Shown here: piece by piece, positions 25,155 to 38,124 of the stretch
Layout of the letters: every line of letters starts with the position of its first letter
Numbering within the stretch: the stretch's first letter is position 1
Assembly: GCF_006345805.1 (NCBI RefSeq)
Contig: NW_021833791.1
Location: forward strand, 1 to 64,000
Source: Octopus sinensis
Lineage: Eukaryota
Reading direction: 5' to 3'
DNA length: 64,000 nt
Made by a program: the position numbers and the translations under genes
Notes under the pieces: model-generated
Databases searched by the model: none
What the model was told of the DNA's origin: nothing
The model's input: only the letters and a program-made list of their open reading frames with translations

Positions 25155-25500
25155 GATGAGGGATGTTACAGGCACCAAGGGGTGGAAGAGAACATATCAT
25201 ACAATGACACATGTAACAACAAATCATGTGTCATTAAAGAATGTTATAGTCGAATAAAGAACATTTGGACCCAGAACTCTGCATTCAGAAAAAAGAAAAA
25301 CAGTGACTCAAAATGTATTTGCTGTGCCAATACTCATACCAACATTTAGGCTGGTTGGACGCTCGATGAGATCCGAACTATTGATGTGAAAACCCCAAAC
25401 ATGCTAACCAGCAGACACAAGTTCCACATCAACAGTGACGTACAACGCCAATACCTAAAACGAAAGCAAGGCAGCAGAGGTTTAATATCAATCCAGACTG
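25155..25500 (+). mobile_element. RLE/R4-like RT C-terminal fragment
   Basis: YRHQGVEENISY..ECYSRIK.IW, then FAVPILIPTF..WTLDEIRTIDVK..NSDVQR.YLKRKQG.RGL. Confidence 0.65.
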
Positions 25501-25814
25501 CCTTTCAGTGTCGTATCCCCTCGGCAACATTATTTAAGTGCCAAGTGTCGACGTGCATCCTCTGAGTCATCAAAGGAGTACTTTGGTGATATTTTTGAGC
25601 AGCTGCTAATCTTTCGAACGAAATGTTGCGCAGAAACACGGCATAATAAACAATTTCTTGCAGCTTCAAGAGATCACTATCTCTTTTGTTTGTTAGGTAT
25701 TTCATCGCAATTTCATTTTCTTGGATTGCAAACGCATAGTCGTTGTATTGTGATGTGTTGTTGGTGGTCAAGATTGCAACAGATGTTTCATGTCCATAGG
25801 ATTATCTTCCTTCA

Positions 25815-25930
25815 GACGGCGAGCTGGCAGAATCGTTAGCACTTCGAGCAAAATGCTTAACGGTATTTCGTCCGTGTCTACGCTCTGAGTAGAAAATCCT
25901 CTGATGTCGACTTTACCTTTCATGGCTTCA
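25815..25930 (+). mobile_element. SINE head (second partial copy at 57487-57550)
   Basis: GGCGAGCTGGCAGAATCGTTAGCAC..AAATGCTTA, shared with 57487-57550. Confidence 0.6.
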
Positions 25931-26840
25931 TAAAATAAATACCAGTTTAGAATGTTTTTTTATTAAGTCTAGCTGGGTTTTTTTCGTTGTTTTTATTACA
26001 GATACGTCCCAATCCAGACAATACGAACACTCTCACTACAAATCCCTATAATTAAAATACCGTTAATTATCTTTCTCTCTGCTGCTCATCTCAGTCATCC
26101 TCGACAAGATCGACAGCGATAAAATGTGCTTTTGGACCACATCTTAATAATGTGCTTATGAGTGTGTGTGTGTGTGTGTGTGTATGGTTGTATGCATGTA
26201 TTTGGTTGTGAGTGCATATATTTATGTATGGATGTAAATATGTGTCTGTATACATGTACGTATTTCTTTTTCTCTTTTTAAATTGGAGTAACTTAGGCCT
26301 GAGCAACTACATTTTTTCTTTATTGCCCTAGTGGCTAAACAGGACTGGCAAAGGGATAGAGTTGATTACATCAACCCCAGTGCGTAACTGGTACTTATTT
26401 AATCGACTTATTCCTCCTTCAAGTGTTTTATGCTATCCTCCGTCCTCGACCTGATCTTCCATCCCTGATAGGGATATTGCTACGAGTTTAATGCTCCTTC
26501 AAAATCAAGGAGTGATTGCAAACCAATGAACTACTGATGATTATATTGTAGCTGTACTTGCTGCATTATTGTTCAAGCGTTGTTAATTAACAGAAATGTC
26601 ACTGGAGAGTCAAGTTTCCGGAAAACTGTATTTGTGCATTGCGTCTCTGGCAGTTTTATTCTGCAAATTATGCTTGCTGTAATTTTTAATTGATACTTTT
26701 TCTATCTTAATTTGAATTATCCTAGTCTTGAGTAATTGCGATGTAACCAAAGAACATATTGTAATTTAAACTTCTCCAGGAATATTAATTTAAGCAAAAG
26801 GATAGAAAGAAGCAAAAGTTTGCAATTCATTGCACTCCTC

Positions 26841-26924
<84 letters not shown>

Positions 26925-27943
26925 ATATGTATAATAAGAGTAAACAATAGCTTTAATGGTTTTTTAAAAAAACAACAATTATTTACTGGTAGATTTCGGC
27001 ATGTAAATATAACCATTAACGGTGGGAACTTCTATAAAAGTTCAATATATATTTTGTATATAAATAAAAAAGGCAGGCAACATGTTACTCAGCCACATAC
27101 CGAAAAATTAGAAATAGCAGTCAAAGACTGTTTATTTCTATTTTCTACAAATAAGACTCAACATACGACATTTTTTGTACACACACATTTTTTGTACATG
27201 ATGAAGGGTTTGCCAATTGTTGATGTAGCTCCCAAAAATATATTTGAGCTTCATGTTACCCATATATTCATTAGTGAAATATTTCAGTATGTTGGGACTG
27301 ATAAGTAGCATGAAGTATCATGAAAGCCTAACTACTCTGTGCCTTCTGCGTGCTGAAAGCAGCCCTCTAAAATGGCATGGCAATGCTTCTCAATATTTAT
27401 AATACTGCCACCTGGCGTGTGTGTTTGTGTGTGTGGTTGGCGCATCTGTACAATGCTGTCGTGTTTGGCCCCGATTTTGGAATACTGTTAAATAGATAAT
27501 TCAAGTATTTTAAATGTAATATGCGAATAAATTGGTTTTTGTCACAATTCACAACATCGAAACACACACACACACACACACACAATAATTTGTATCATAA
27601 ACCGTGAATCCTCGAAATTTTTCTGAATATATCGCTTTTCATTTCATTTGTATTATTTTCAAATTTTAATAAGAACGTATGTATCATACTGTTCTGTTTT
27701 AAACATTGAAACGAAAATATATAAAAGGAATTTCGAAAAAACTTCAAAAGTAAAGACATTGTTGGGGTTGGGTTAGCAAATAAATAAAACTATTTTTCCG
27801 TGGTTTCTTAATCAGTCTCTTTGCAATTAATATCGGAATAGACTATCAAAAACTACCCAGAAAAACAATTAGTTATAGATTTTTAAATGGAATTCTTTGA
27901 TTAAAACACCAGCAAGTAGAAGTTACTTTATTTCTGCAAAAAT

Positions 27944-28241
27944 ATGGGGAATGATTACGGAGATGTACTTGCATAGCGAACGACTTGATCTGAGATCGTG
28001 TGCTGGAACGAAAACAATTGCAGCGTGGAAGTTGTTTATTAGCCATTTAAGAAACACACAAAACCGTTAGATTCACTTCAACATTTAAATTTAATTTGTC
28101 AAAATATTTTCATCGCTTTGAGACCGCGACCTGTTCACTGACAAAGCTTCGTTGCTAAATCGACGAAAATATTTTGACAAATTAAATATAAATGTTGAAG
28201 TGAATCTAACGGTTTTGTGTGTTTCTTAAATGGGGAATGAT
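27944..28241. mobile_element. Insertion with a 73-bp fold-back, bounded by the 12-bp direct repeat ATGGGGAATGAT
   Basis: Arms 28043-28115 and 28161-28233 with 2 mismatches. Direct repeats at 27944-27955 and 28230-28241. Confidence 0.7.
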
Positions 28242-28564
28242 CACGATTTTAAAAACCTTTGATAAGGGATCAGAGCGATCAGTTACAGCTTGACGATAAA
28301 CAACAAAGTCATTAAATATGATAAAACAGATTCCACTGCCAACATTTGAAGCAGTCTTTCTAGATTACATGTGAGAGACGCAACACATTCTCACATTTAT
28401 AAACTCAAACAGAATATCTTCTCAATAACAATCAGTCAACATAATATTGCAACATAAATTCGACAAATAAAGTACACGAAACGCATTGAAATGTGACGTA
28501 GCCCATACTAAATGAGTAAATTCAGTAAAATGGGCTTTTGTATACATATATGCACCCATATATA

Positions 28565-28600
<36 letters not shown>

Positions 28601-28616
28601 TATATAGACAGATAGA

Positions 28617-28730
<114 letters not shown>

Positions 28731-28789
28731 TGAAAACATACACATACGTGCACAAATGTACATACAAATATATTTGCTTATAGCTATCC

Positions 28790-31700
28790 GTCAATGTTAA
28801 CGACGACATTGTCCTCTAGGAGTCTTATCCTACATTTTGTAAGTTGACCGATGTGAAAACAATTTGATCCTGGAATGGCATGTCCTTGAACGCAGATGAC
28901 AAGGGAAGCTGCTCATTATGTTGATGGGGAGTCTGAAATGACGTTGAAGTCTCTTTTCCTCAAGTCTCTCACGTCGGATTAGTTCAAAGTGTGAAGCTCC
29001 TTCGTCGCTGAGGGAGCGCCAGATTTGCCGGTTGTGAGCAAAGTATTCAAGTTGTGCCGGTTGAATGTTGCGGGAGTTAAGGACAAGCTAAAGATGATCC
29101 TGGAATCTCATTTTCGGAGGCGTCCAAAGGAGGAGGAGATGATCCGTCGTAGAACGTCATCGACGATATGTCCATTTTGTGATATGTCCATTTTACCTAG
29201 GTGGTTAAAAGAGTCAACGTTTGACAGAAGTGTGTCGTTTATATATAGTTATGTTGCTGGATGTGTCTTTTTTTATTAAGTACGTTTGCATGATCTCGTT
29301 GTGTTTTTATGTTGATGTTAAGACCCAGACGAATATAGGTTTCATCCATGGCACTTAAGAATCGCTGGAGTGAGGCTGTTTTCTGAGCAGTGGCAGTGGT
29401 AACATTTGCATACCGGAGCTCAAATATCTGTTGAGATTTCGCTTTGAGTCGGTGGGTCTTGAAAATACTGCCATCATAGCGATAACGGGTTCTTATGCTA
29501 TCGTCGGTACTCTGTTGGACCTAGGAGAGGAGAGTTACAGCTATGTAGATGCTGAACAAAACAGGAGTGAGAACGCAACCCTGTTTCACTCCCGGTTTTA
29601 CTCTGAATTGTTCTGAAGACGCTCCACCAAGACAGACTCTGGCTAGCATTCCGTTGTGGAATTTGCGGATGAAAGTTAAAGCAGTTGAAGGATAGCCACA
29701 GTTTCCATAAAATGTCACAATCAACGGTGTCAAAAGCATTCGTCATATCGAAGAAACCAAAATTCCTTTTTGTTGTTCTCTGCATTTTTCGAGAAGTAAG
29801 CGTGCACCAAATATCAAATCAATTGTGCTCATATAAACCACATTGAGATTCAGGGATGGTGCAGTCCGACACGAAGATAAGAAGATGGCGGAGAATAATG
29901 CGTGCAAGAATGTTGCAAGACACATCCAGAGGCTTCTGCAGTCACTGCAGTCGGATCGATTGCATTTTCTTTTGTAAATGCAAATAATGTTGGTATTTAT
30001 TTTTGTTTGTTTGTTTTTCCAACAGAAAACTAGGAAAGAGTGAAGATATGATGCAAGTTGTGGTCCGCCGTATTTCCAAACCTCTCCAGGGATACAGTCT
30101 TCGTCAGGAGACTTCTTATTCTTTTGGGAGTGCAGTACCTTCTAGACTTCGTCTTGACTGAGTTCAGCTGCTATTTCTTCGATGATTTGAAGTTTTGGAA
30201 GCTCATCTAAAATCGACGTATCTGTCCATCGTTAAGGTTCTTATTGTTTTCTTTAATTAGAGTAGAGCCGTCAGCGATACAGATAGGTGCAATCAGGCAA
30301 TGCGAAGGACCGAAGTTGTCTTTGAACGGGTCGTAGAGTTCATAAGTTTTCTTTTCTTCAGCGAGTTGTTGGATCTTTTCGGAGTTGCGGAGCCACCAAC
30401 CATTCTGTGGGGCTCAGCCCTAAGGTTATGCTAGTTTGGGACTAAGAAATGAAGATTTGAGAGGTGGGCGTTATGAACACGGTTTTTCGCCTGCAAAAGG
30501 GGTTGGATAATGTCTGCATTATCCAACCCCTTGAGTTCTTCATGTGGGATATTCCAATAGTGGGTTCAGAGTGGGTGTATCGAATGATGGAGAGCGCAGA
30601 GTTCCAGAGTAAGTTGAGTTCATTCTGATTCTGTTCGACCTCGATTTCTTCCCTATGTTATTTTCCATATTGCGAGGGAGTTCTTGTAGAACTGGAAGAA
30701 CTAGAACAACTGGGCAGACAGTAGCGACGTTTTTTTGTTTTTGGAGCTCAGTTTGTTTTGTTGTGCTGGAAAGACGGGCCACATTAAGTTTTGGAAACAC
30801 TTTTGCCTTTTCTGGCCGGAGGGCGGATTTGAAGACATAGGTGCGCGCATCGTATGGGGATCGACCTAACATTCTGCACCGCGCTTGTATTTGATGTAGA
30901 AGGCATCGTTCTGATCATTTTGACGAACACTCACGTAATTGAGGAGATGCCATATCTTGGAGCGAAGGTGTATCCTTCTCCAAGCTGAGTGTAGAGACTG
31001 GTAGGAGGCGTCTTTAGTTTCTTCATTAATGCCTAACGTCGGGGCATATACACTGAATATAGTGGCATGTACTTTGTTACTGAGGAGAATTCGAAAGGTC
31101 ATCTGCCGTTCAATTATATCGGTTGAAATCGAAGAGATGTTCTCCAGTAATGACCAACGGACAGCAAATCCTACACTATGAATTCTATTTTTGATTTGAA
31201 AAAGTCCTTTCCAGAAGTATATATATCTTTCATCAACTTCAGTGAGAGATCCGTCATCAGAGAATTTTGTTATGCTGAATGCATATCCACATTGCACCCT
31301 TTCAGTTAAAAGGCGATGAGCGCGGTCCTAAGGTTGGGTCGATCGTGGTCATCACGGTCAATCAAAGTTCGTATATTCCATGTAGCGAAAAATGAGAGAT
31401 TGTGATGGATTTCTTATTAATCTTCGACCGCAGTATGGAGATGGCTTGCCAGGTGCGGTATTCTAGCTAGGTAAAAAGGTCTGACATCTTTTAGACTACA
31501 TTTCCTAAGCCTCTCCTCAACTGAGGCGCTGAGAGTATTCAAAAGATCCTCCTGGTCACACATATAGGACACAAATCGGTGTGCAGTCCCAGAGTCACAT
31601 CGAGACCACCGTCTTGCCTGCACTACCAAGAAGGTGGGATAAGAGGTGTGAGAACAAAGCTTACGCGCGGAGTTGTATAGGGTGATGGGACGGGCAGTTA

Positions 31701-32150
31701 GTCCTATTCGCATGCACCTGACTCTTGTTCAGCAGTACTACTTCGGACAAGAGAAATGTCCAAGACGACCAAAAGCTGTCAAGAAATTGCAGCTAGTTGC
31801 CGGAATCCAGGTTGCTATTCACTTGGGCAAGGTTTTAGGTTGGAGTTTCCATCTCGTAGAAAGATTGCCTCTCAAGGCTAATGAGCGCCATCTGCTCGCG
31901 AACAGAGCTATTTCTGAATGCTCTTTCACCATCTCACAGAAAGGATATCTACGCCCACATCCACCGAAACACAGTTGACCTTCAGTCGAAACCCTTACCA
32001 TGAAGAAGCGTTATACCCCGTAATACAGGGCCCTTGCCTGAACTTGGCTGCTACTTTTACAGTACCTGCACCGCGACATGGAAGCGCTAGGCAAGAATTA
32101 CCGCCGTATAAATTAGGGAAGATGACCCGAACTACCATCAACAAGGACCT
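28790..32150 (-). mobile_element. Old, near full-length RTE-clade LINE (5'UTR, APE, RT, C-terminus), heavily degraded
   Basis: LIFATWNIRTLIDRD (~31400), YIYFWKG..GFAV..SVYAPT (30866-31297), LLEKCREQ..FFDMTNAFDTV..GVKQGCVLTPVLFSIY (29480-29930) and CHSRIKLFSHR near 28870. Confidence 0.8.
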
Positions 32151-32324
32151 TAGCTATCAGTAGCCAGGTCTCTATCGGAAGCCGGGAATCATAAATATGT
32201 ACAAATATAAAACATAAGATATGCTTTATAATGTATAAAGATAAAAATAGAAAGCAACAGGATGCAATAGAATGTAGTAGAATAAGAATGAAAAAAATAC
32301 ACATTCTTATTCTTTTACTTGTTT

Positions 32325-32500
32325 CAGTCATTTAACTGCGGCCATACTGGTGCACCGCCTTTAGTCGAACAAATCGACCCCAGGAATTATTCTTTGTAAG
32401 CCTGGTGCTTATTCTATCAGTCCTCTTTGCCAAACCGGTAGATTACGGGGAAGTAAACGTACCAACATCGGTTGTCAAGCAATGGTGTGGGACAAACACA
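32325..32500 (-). mobile_element. SINE 3' body
   Basis: Reverse complement of the 49500-49720 body. Confidence 0.85.
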
Positions 32501-32939
32501 CAAATAAATACGTATAGCTATATATATATAGTTTGTAGTCCACCACAACACGTGGGTATGTGGGTATTTGGTTAGAGTAGTATGGAAGTTACAAAACTGT
32601 CCCGAAGTGGATGAATATATTCAAATATATTAAAGGATAAAATCGTTAAATCATTTCAGTGGCCAGCATATAAAATAGAAATTTTAGATAATTCATATAT
32701 ATTTGATGCGAATATATTTGTGGTATTTGCATGTAATCGCAACTTTGCCTTTGCTTCTCTGTGAGTACGCATACATGTCTCACTTATTTCGCTCAGTATG
32801 CTTTTCTAATAGAGGAAGCCTTATCAAACTAATCCAGAAAACTTAGTTTTGCAAAAGTTGTTTCATTTCGATTTCAAAATTTTTATTGAAATTCTCATAA
32901 ATATTCGCCGATTCATACCCTGCCCTATTTTAAACATAC

Positions 32940-33009
32940 CCCGATATTGCTGAGTACAAACGACTTGTATGAACGAGAAATGCAGCAACAAAACCACTAA
33001 CACTAAAGT
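32940..33009 (-). CDS. Paralogous signal-peptide-like exon (TLVLVVLLLHFSFIQVVCTQQYR-G), no ATG in frame
   Basis: Hydrophobic run followed by a phase-1 GTATGT donor (32934-32939). In-frame TAA upstream at 33010-33012. Confidence 0.3.
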
Positions 33010-33854
33010 TTAGGTTGAATCTATCTTCCTAGGTATACGTATATACTTGCCGTGTGCCCTATCTACCTATATACATACACACATGCATATGCATACATAC
33101 ATGCATACATACATACATACATACATATTACATGCATTCATACATACATAGATACACACCTAGATACATGCATGCATGAATGCATACACACATATATACA
33201 TGCATATATATATATATATACACTTATTTTCTGTGTGTTCGTCATTGGGTGTCTAAACGACATTCGATGTGGATGTATGTGTATATTTGTATAGATCTAT
33301 CTTTTTCTCCCTCAAACAATATATATATATATACGTGTTACGATTTAGTCCTTTTGCAACATTGAAATATACCTTTCGGTACTTTTGCCCTGTATGATCA
33401 TACCCTACTATTATTCATATATTCGGGTATATTTCTATTTATATTTATTTTCCAACTGCTAATGCTCTCTGTCAATCAATTCACAGACTGACCATTTCCA
33501 AAGACACCCATCTTCATATATGTCTTACATCCCCCTCCCTCTCTTCTGTACTTTCTTTCTCACCATGTTTCTTTCCTTTCTCTCCTCTATTGTTTTGAGG
33601 AGTATTTATTCTCCCTTTATCATTTCTCTTAAATATATAATATTTCAAACTATTTTCTTTACTTTTCACAGACTGATATTTCCTAAGATACCCTTTTTTT
33701 CTATTCTCCTACATCCCCTCCCTCTCTCATGTGCTTCCTCTTTCTCTCCATGCTTCCTTTCTGTCTGTCATTGAGTCCCCGATGTCATATCTAATCTAAC
33801 ATAACAGCCTTAACAGCCATCAAACATAACAGCCATAGGAACGGTTTCAATAAC

Positions 33855-34400
33855 ATCTCTTATCTTTTCTTTGTTAATGATCTGAAGCAGTATGAGCCAA
33901 ATATTAACCACGATAAAGAGCAACTGGATCTCATAATCCTTTTCTCAAAAGATATCGGAATGGAATTTGTTGTGTCCAAATGTAAACTTTGAGAGACAAA
34001 ATTTGGTAACCTTTTTCCCCCTCTCCAACACATTAAAATTAACCACCTAGAAATACAGTCTCAGCTCTCTTGGAAAAGTTACAAATGTTTTCAACAAGAT
34101 GAGAATGTCGGGTCCATTCATAAGGAGCGGACAAAATATAAGTTCTTGAAGAGGGTAAAAAACAATGGTCATCTGAACTCTCAGTTTACAACACGTGTAC
34201 TGCTCCTTTGCAGTGCTTTTCCTCACACCTATACTATACGTTCTGAACTGGTCACTATCAGAACTCAGTGAGATGGATATAGATCCAATGAGCTGCTACG
34301 TAGTACAAAAACTTCAAATTCATTGGAGATTTTGATAGGCTATACTTCTCAAGCATGTATGGTGACCGTGGTCTCAAACACCAGCTTCTATAATGGCTGA
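33855..34400 (+). mobile_element. Degraded R4-like RT fragment
   Basis: LFFVNDLKQYEPN..KEQLDLI..FSKDIGMEFVVSKCK. Confidence 0.55.
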
Positions 34401-35489
34401 GTCAACAAAAATGGAATCTACAATAATGAGGAAAGTACAAAAGATAAATTGATCATCCCCAAATAGAGAAACGAACTAGGATAATGCTTAAATTTGAGCT
34501 TTCAGCATTTAACACAATTATTTACTTCGGTAGTTAAGGTAGTATCTTAATAAATAAGACATTTATTATTAGTTGTAAGACTTCGAAGAGTGTCAACAAT
34601 TAATCGTAAAATGCGAGTGACTGATTTTCATTTATTCTTTCATTCATGGAGAATATGAAACAGAAACATTTATGTAATGGTAATCCACTAGCAACCAACA
34701 ATGACCAGTGTCCAGGCAAAATGCCGGCATTGCCCGTGCATGTGGTCCTTGCACCCACTGTTGGCTTCACAAAAGTTCACGCCCGCTTCGCCTCTCTACT
34801 GGACTGGGTATCAGAGAGTCGCCTCGTTGGCAATTGCACAACCTACAATCTTAGGTCCAATAAGGCTTCATAACACCTCACAGGCCCTCTTCACCACTCA
34901 TCTTTGATGATCCAGAGAAAAACCAACGCAAGATATACAGTGCAACAACGGGTCGCAGGCCCGTTGTTGCACTGGATATGGAGGACCATACTCACAAGTG
35001 CAAACAAAAGATCTTCAAAATGTTCATTGCCGTTCCCTATATATTTTTAATTCAGAGTGACTTTCTCCCAGTGGTCTTCCAATTCACCGGACACCAACGC
35101 GGGATTTCTGAGATCCAGTACTGTTGCAAGATAGTTGTTGAATATACACAAGTTTCATCTGTCCTTTTGGCAAGTATTGTTTTTAGTCCTGCTGGTTTCT
35201 AGTATCCCTCCTGATCAGGCCCTAGTGGTGAAGCCGGTTGAGTCGTCCATTACTTGACCATGCAACAACTTCACTGGATTCCATGTTACTGGTAGCACTC
35301 ATGAGAAACCTCACATGACCACACACACCCACCCACGCACACACCACACACACAGAGTATGAAATTTCTATGAAGAGATTTTCACTGAGTAATAAGTTGA
35401 AGGGGTGGGAAATATCAAACATATAGTAAAAGAAGGAAAATGCACACAATCTATATACTTTTAATATATTTTATAATAGAGTATTATCA

Positions 35490-36100
35490 TAGTCTACCGG
35501 TTTCGCGTTTTGCTAATCATGGCTGGGAAATCGGTGGAAATACTGCAATTCATAGCATTTTAAGGAGTTTTTAGTCCATTTTGTTTGCATTAGAGATTTG
35601 TTGTAAATGAACCAGTATGTCAAAAAATCTAAGGAGAGGTAATTGGTGATTGTTATTTCTCGCGGAACACTTTTTGTGGGTTACACTTTTTGGGGAGGGT
35701 AAATTTACAGTATTTATACTACGAAGTTAGTTATGCGTTAATGAATTAAAATATTTACAAAATCCAAAATTGGTTATGCCTTCATATCCAGATACGGTTT
35801 GTATTTTTCATTTTATTTAATCATTCTTATACAGAGATTGTTTCCTTGCACTTGTAGAAGGGGAAATTCCCTGCACATCTCTATTTGTTCGCTGAATGGT
35901 ATGTATTTGCACCTTGGGAAATGAATCTTTTCTTTAGGAAATATAGTTCTCCGTCTAAGTGGCATCTTTGTTTGGCCTATATAGTTGTGTCCGCATCTTG
36001 AACAAGTTAATACATAAATTAAAAAAAACTTGGCAAGCACAAATGAAATTAATCCTAATTGTAAATCTCTGTCGTTTTTTGAAGTGAATTCCGAACCAAA
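35490..36100 (-). mobile_element. Penelope-like element 3' fragment (GIY-YIG endonuclease plus LTR remnant)
   Basis: LIYVLTCSRCGHNYIGQTKMPLRRR (35946-36022). Downstream on the minus strand is CGC-GAAAC-CG-GTA (35495-35507), half of a Penelope hammerhead. Confidence 0.8.
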
Positions 36101-36230
36101 TAGGTTGAAGCATGTATGTAAGTATGTATGTATGTATGTATGTATGTATGTATGTATGTATGTATGTATGTATGCATGCATGCATGCATGCATGTATGTA
36201 TGTATGTATGTATGTATGTATGTATGTATG

Positions 36231-36261
<31 letters not shown>

Positions 36262-36284
36262 GTATGTATGTATGTAAGTATGTG

Positions 36285-36500
36285 TGTAGAGCTGAAAAAG
36301 AGGTAATTTCTACTCTTCTCCTCTGGAAGCCATCTACTCGCAATACCAGAGGGCGCACACTCTCCTACCCTGATGTAATCTCCAGGGATACAGGCATCCA
36401 GCAACAGGACCTCCGTAATGCCATGATAGACCGTGAAGTCTGGCGTAGCATGGTAAATTCCATTGTCTCGACCACGGTCGAACAATGATGATGATGATGT
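36285..36500 (+). mobile_element. RTE-type LINE 3' end with (TGA)n tail
   Basis: LLLWKPS..RGRTLSYPDVISRDTG..NAMIDREVWR followed by a stop and TGATGATGATG. Confidence 0.7.
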
Positions 36501-36515
36501 GTGTATCTATGTATG

Positions 36516-36623
<108 letters not shown>

Positions 36624-37611
36624 CACGTGGTTTGCCTCTGGGGAGGAATTCGCCATCAAAAGGCAGATAATCTCTTCTTGGTTAGACAAAGTTGAATTTA
36701 TATATTTAATTTTTTAGCTTAAAAGGTTTTTAAAAGGTTTCTTACACAAAATAGAACAAAGCTCCTAGATATTTTTTGCCGTTGGTAGCCGTGTACATAA
36801 TTTCTTTATCTGTGAATTAAGGCTACCATTGGTTTCATGTTAAGAAAAGTAGGAAAATATCCTAGTGTCTAGACATTTTTCAAGTCTATCACATGAAGGT
36901 GTTCGACTCCATTTGGAAAACAGTCTTCTACTTGTATGTTGAGGTAGTACCTCAACATACTAGTGGAAGGAAACCATGCTCACAACAAAAACAAACCAGT
37001 AATGTACAATAACTAGCCATTGATCCATTGTTTTACTGTGTATGTATATCTCTGTCTATGTCTCTATGTATCTCTGAGGATGAGGATGAGTGTGTGTGTG
37101 TATATAGGTATAGCTATACTTTTGTATATGTGTGTGTGTCTATGTACATGTGCTTATGTCTGTATAGCCATATATGCTGTTGACATACAATCTTTGCACT
37201 AGTTGAGCGTCATATAATAAATAATATTTTTCTGTTGTTTGACAAAACATGTGAAAGTTATATTGAACGTTCTTGATTGGCTGGTAAATTATGTATCAAT
37301 TAATATTATATAATGATGAGGTTAATGTTCAAATTAATATTAAATATATTTTGTATATTCAGAATTTCTAATATGTATATTGGTTCTATATTTAGAAATA
37401 TGCCTTTGTTCTGAATCTAACTTGATATAGGTTAATGATCTGACAATGATGTATATATAATCATATCAAAGGGAAATGGAATTTAATTAAGATTATAACA
37501 TTTAATCAAAATTTACATTTCCAGTGGTCTAACGTGTAAAAAAATTAGTCAAAAAGACTATATATTAGTCATACTATATATTGTATATTTAAACACATAA
37601 GGAATCATGAC

Positions 37612-37666
<55 letters not shown>

Positions 37667-37701
37667 GAGAGAGAAGAGAGAGAGAGAGAAGGTTAAGTCA
37701 A

Positions 37702-37771
37702 TCTCTGTCTCTCTTGCTTACACTTGTGGTTTCGACCTCGAACCCACAAGTGTAAACAAGGGAGACAGAGA
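37702..37771. repeat. 70-nt near-perfect hairpin
   Basis: TCTCTGTCTCTCTTGCTTACACTTGTGGTTTCGA-CC-TCGAACCCACAAGTGTAAACAAGGGAGACAGAGA: 34-bp arms with 3 differences. Confidence 0.85.
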
Positions 37772-37932
37772 CCGGCAGAAAACAAGGAAAATGCCTCTTG
37801 TATTTGAATACTATGCAAATATTCTTTTAAAATACTTTTCATTTAATTTTTTCCAAATTTCCAATGAACGGAACCGGTACTGAAATGTTTTTTATAAAAT
37901 TATTTTGGCATTTTCTATCTTGACTTTTTTCC

Positions 37933-38011
<79 letters not shown>

Positions 38012-38124
38012 GCAATAAAGATTCAAGTTAATTTAAATGAATTTACTTGAATATGGTACCTAACTTAGATGCACCAAAAAAAACTATACTGTTTTAACAA
38101 TACAGTAATGTGGGGTGATTATAA

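Noticed and set aside
26736-27308. 190-aa ORF
   Set aside because: It runs through a TA microsatellite and has no recognisable domain.
27150-27480. Possible second PAN-like pseudo-exon on the minus strand (LEGCFQHAEGTE*LGFHDTSCYL)
   Set aside because: Only two cysteines are kept, there are several stops and the acceptor phase does not match; too weak to call.
28100-28150. Non-canonical hammerhead in the hairpin loop region (minus strand)
   Set aside because: Some stems pair, but the CUGANGA core is absent.
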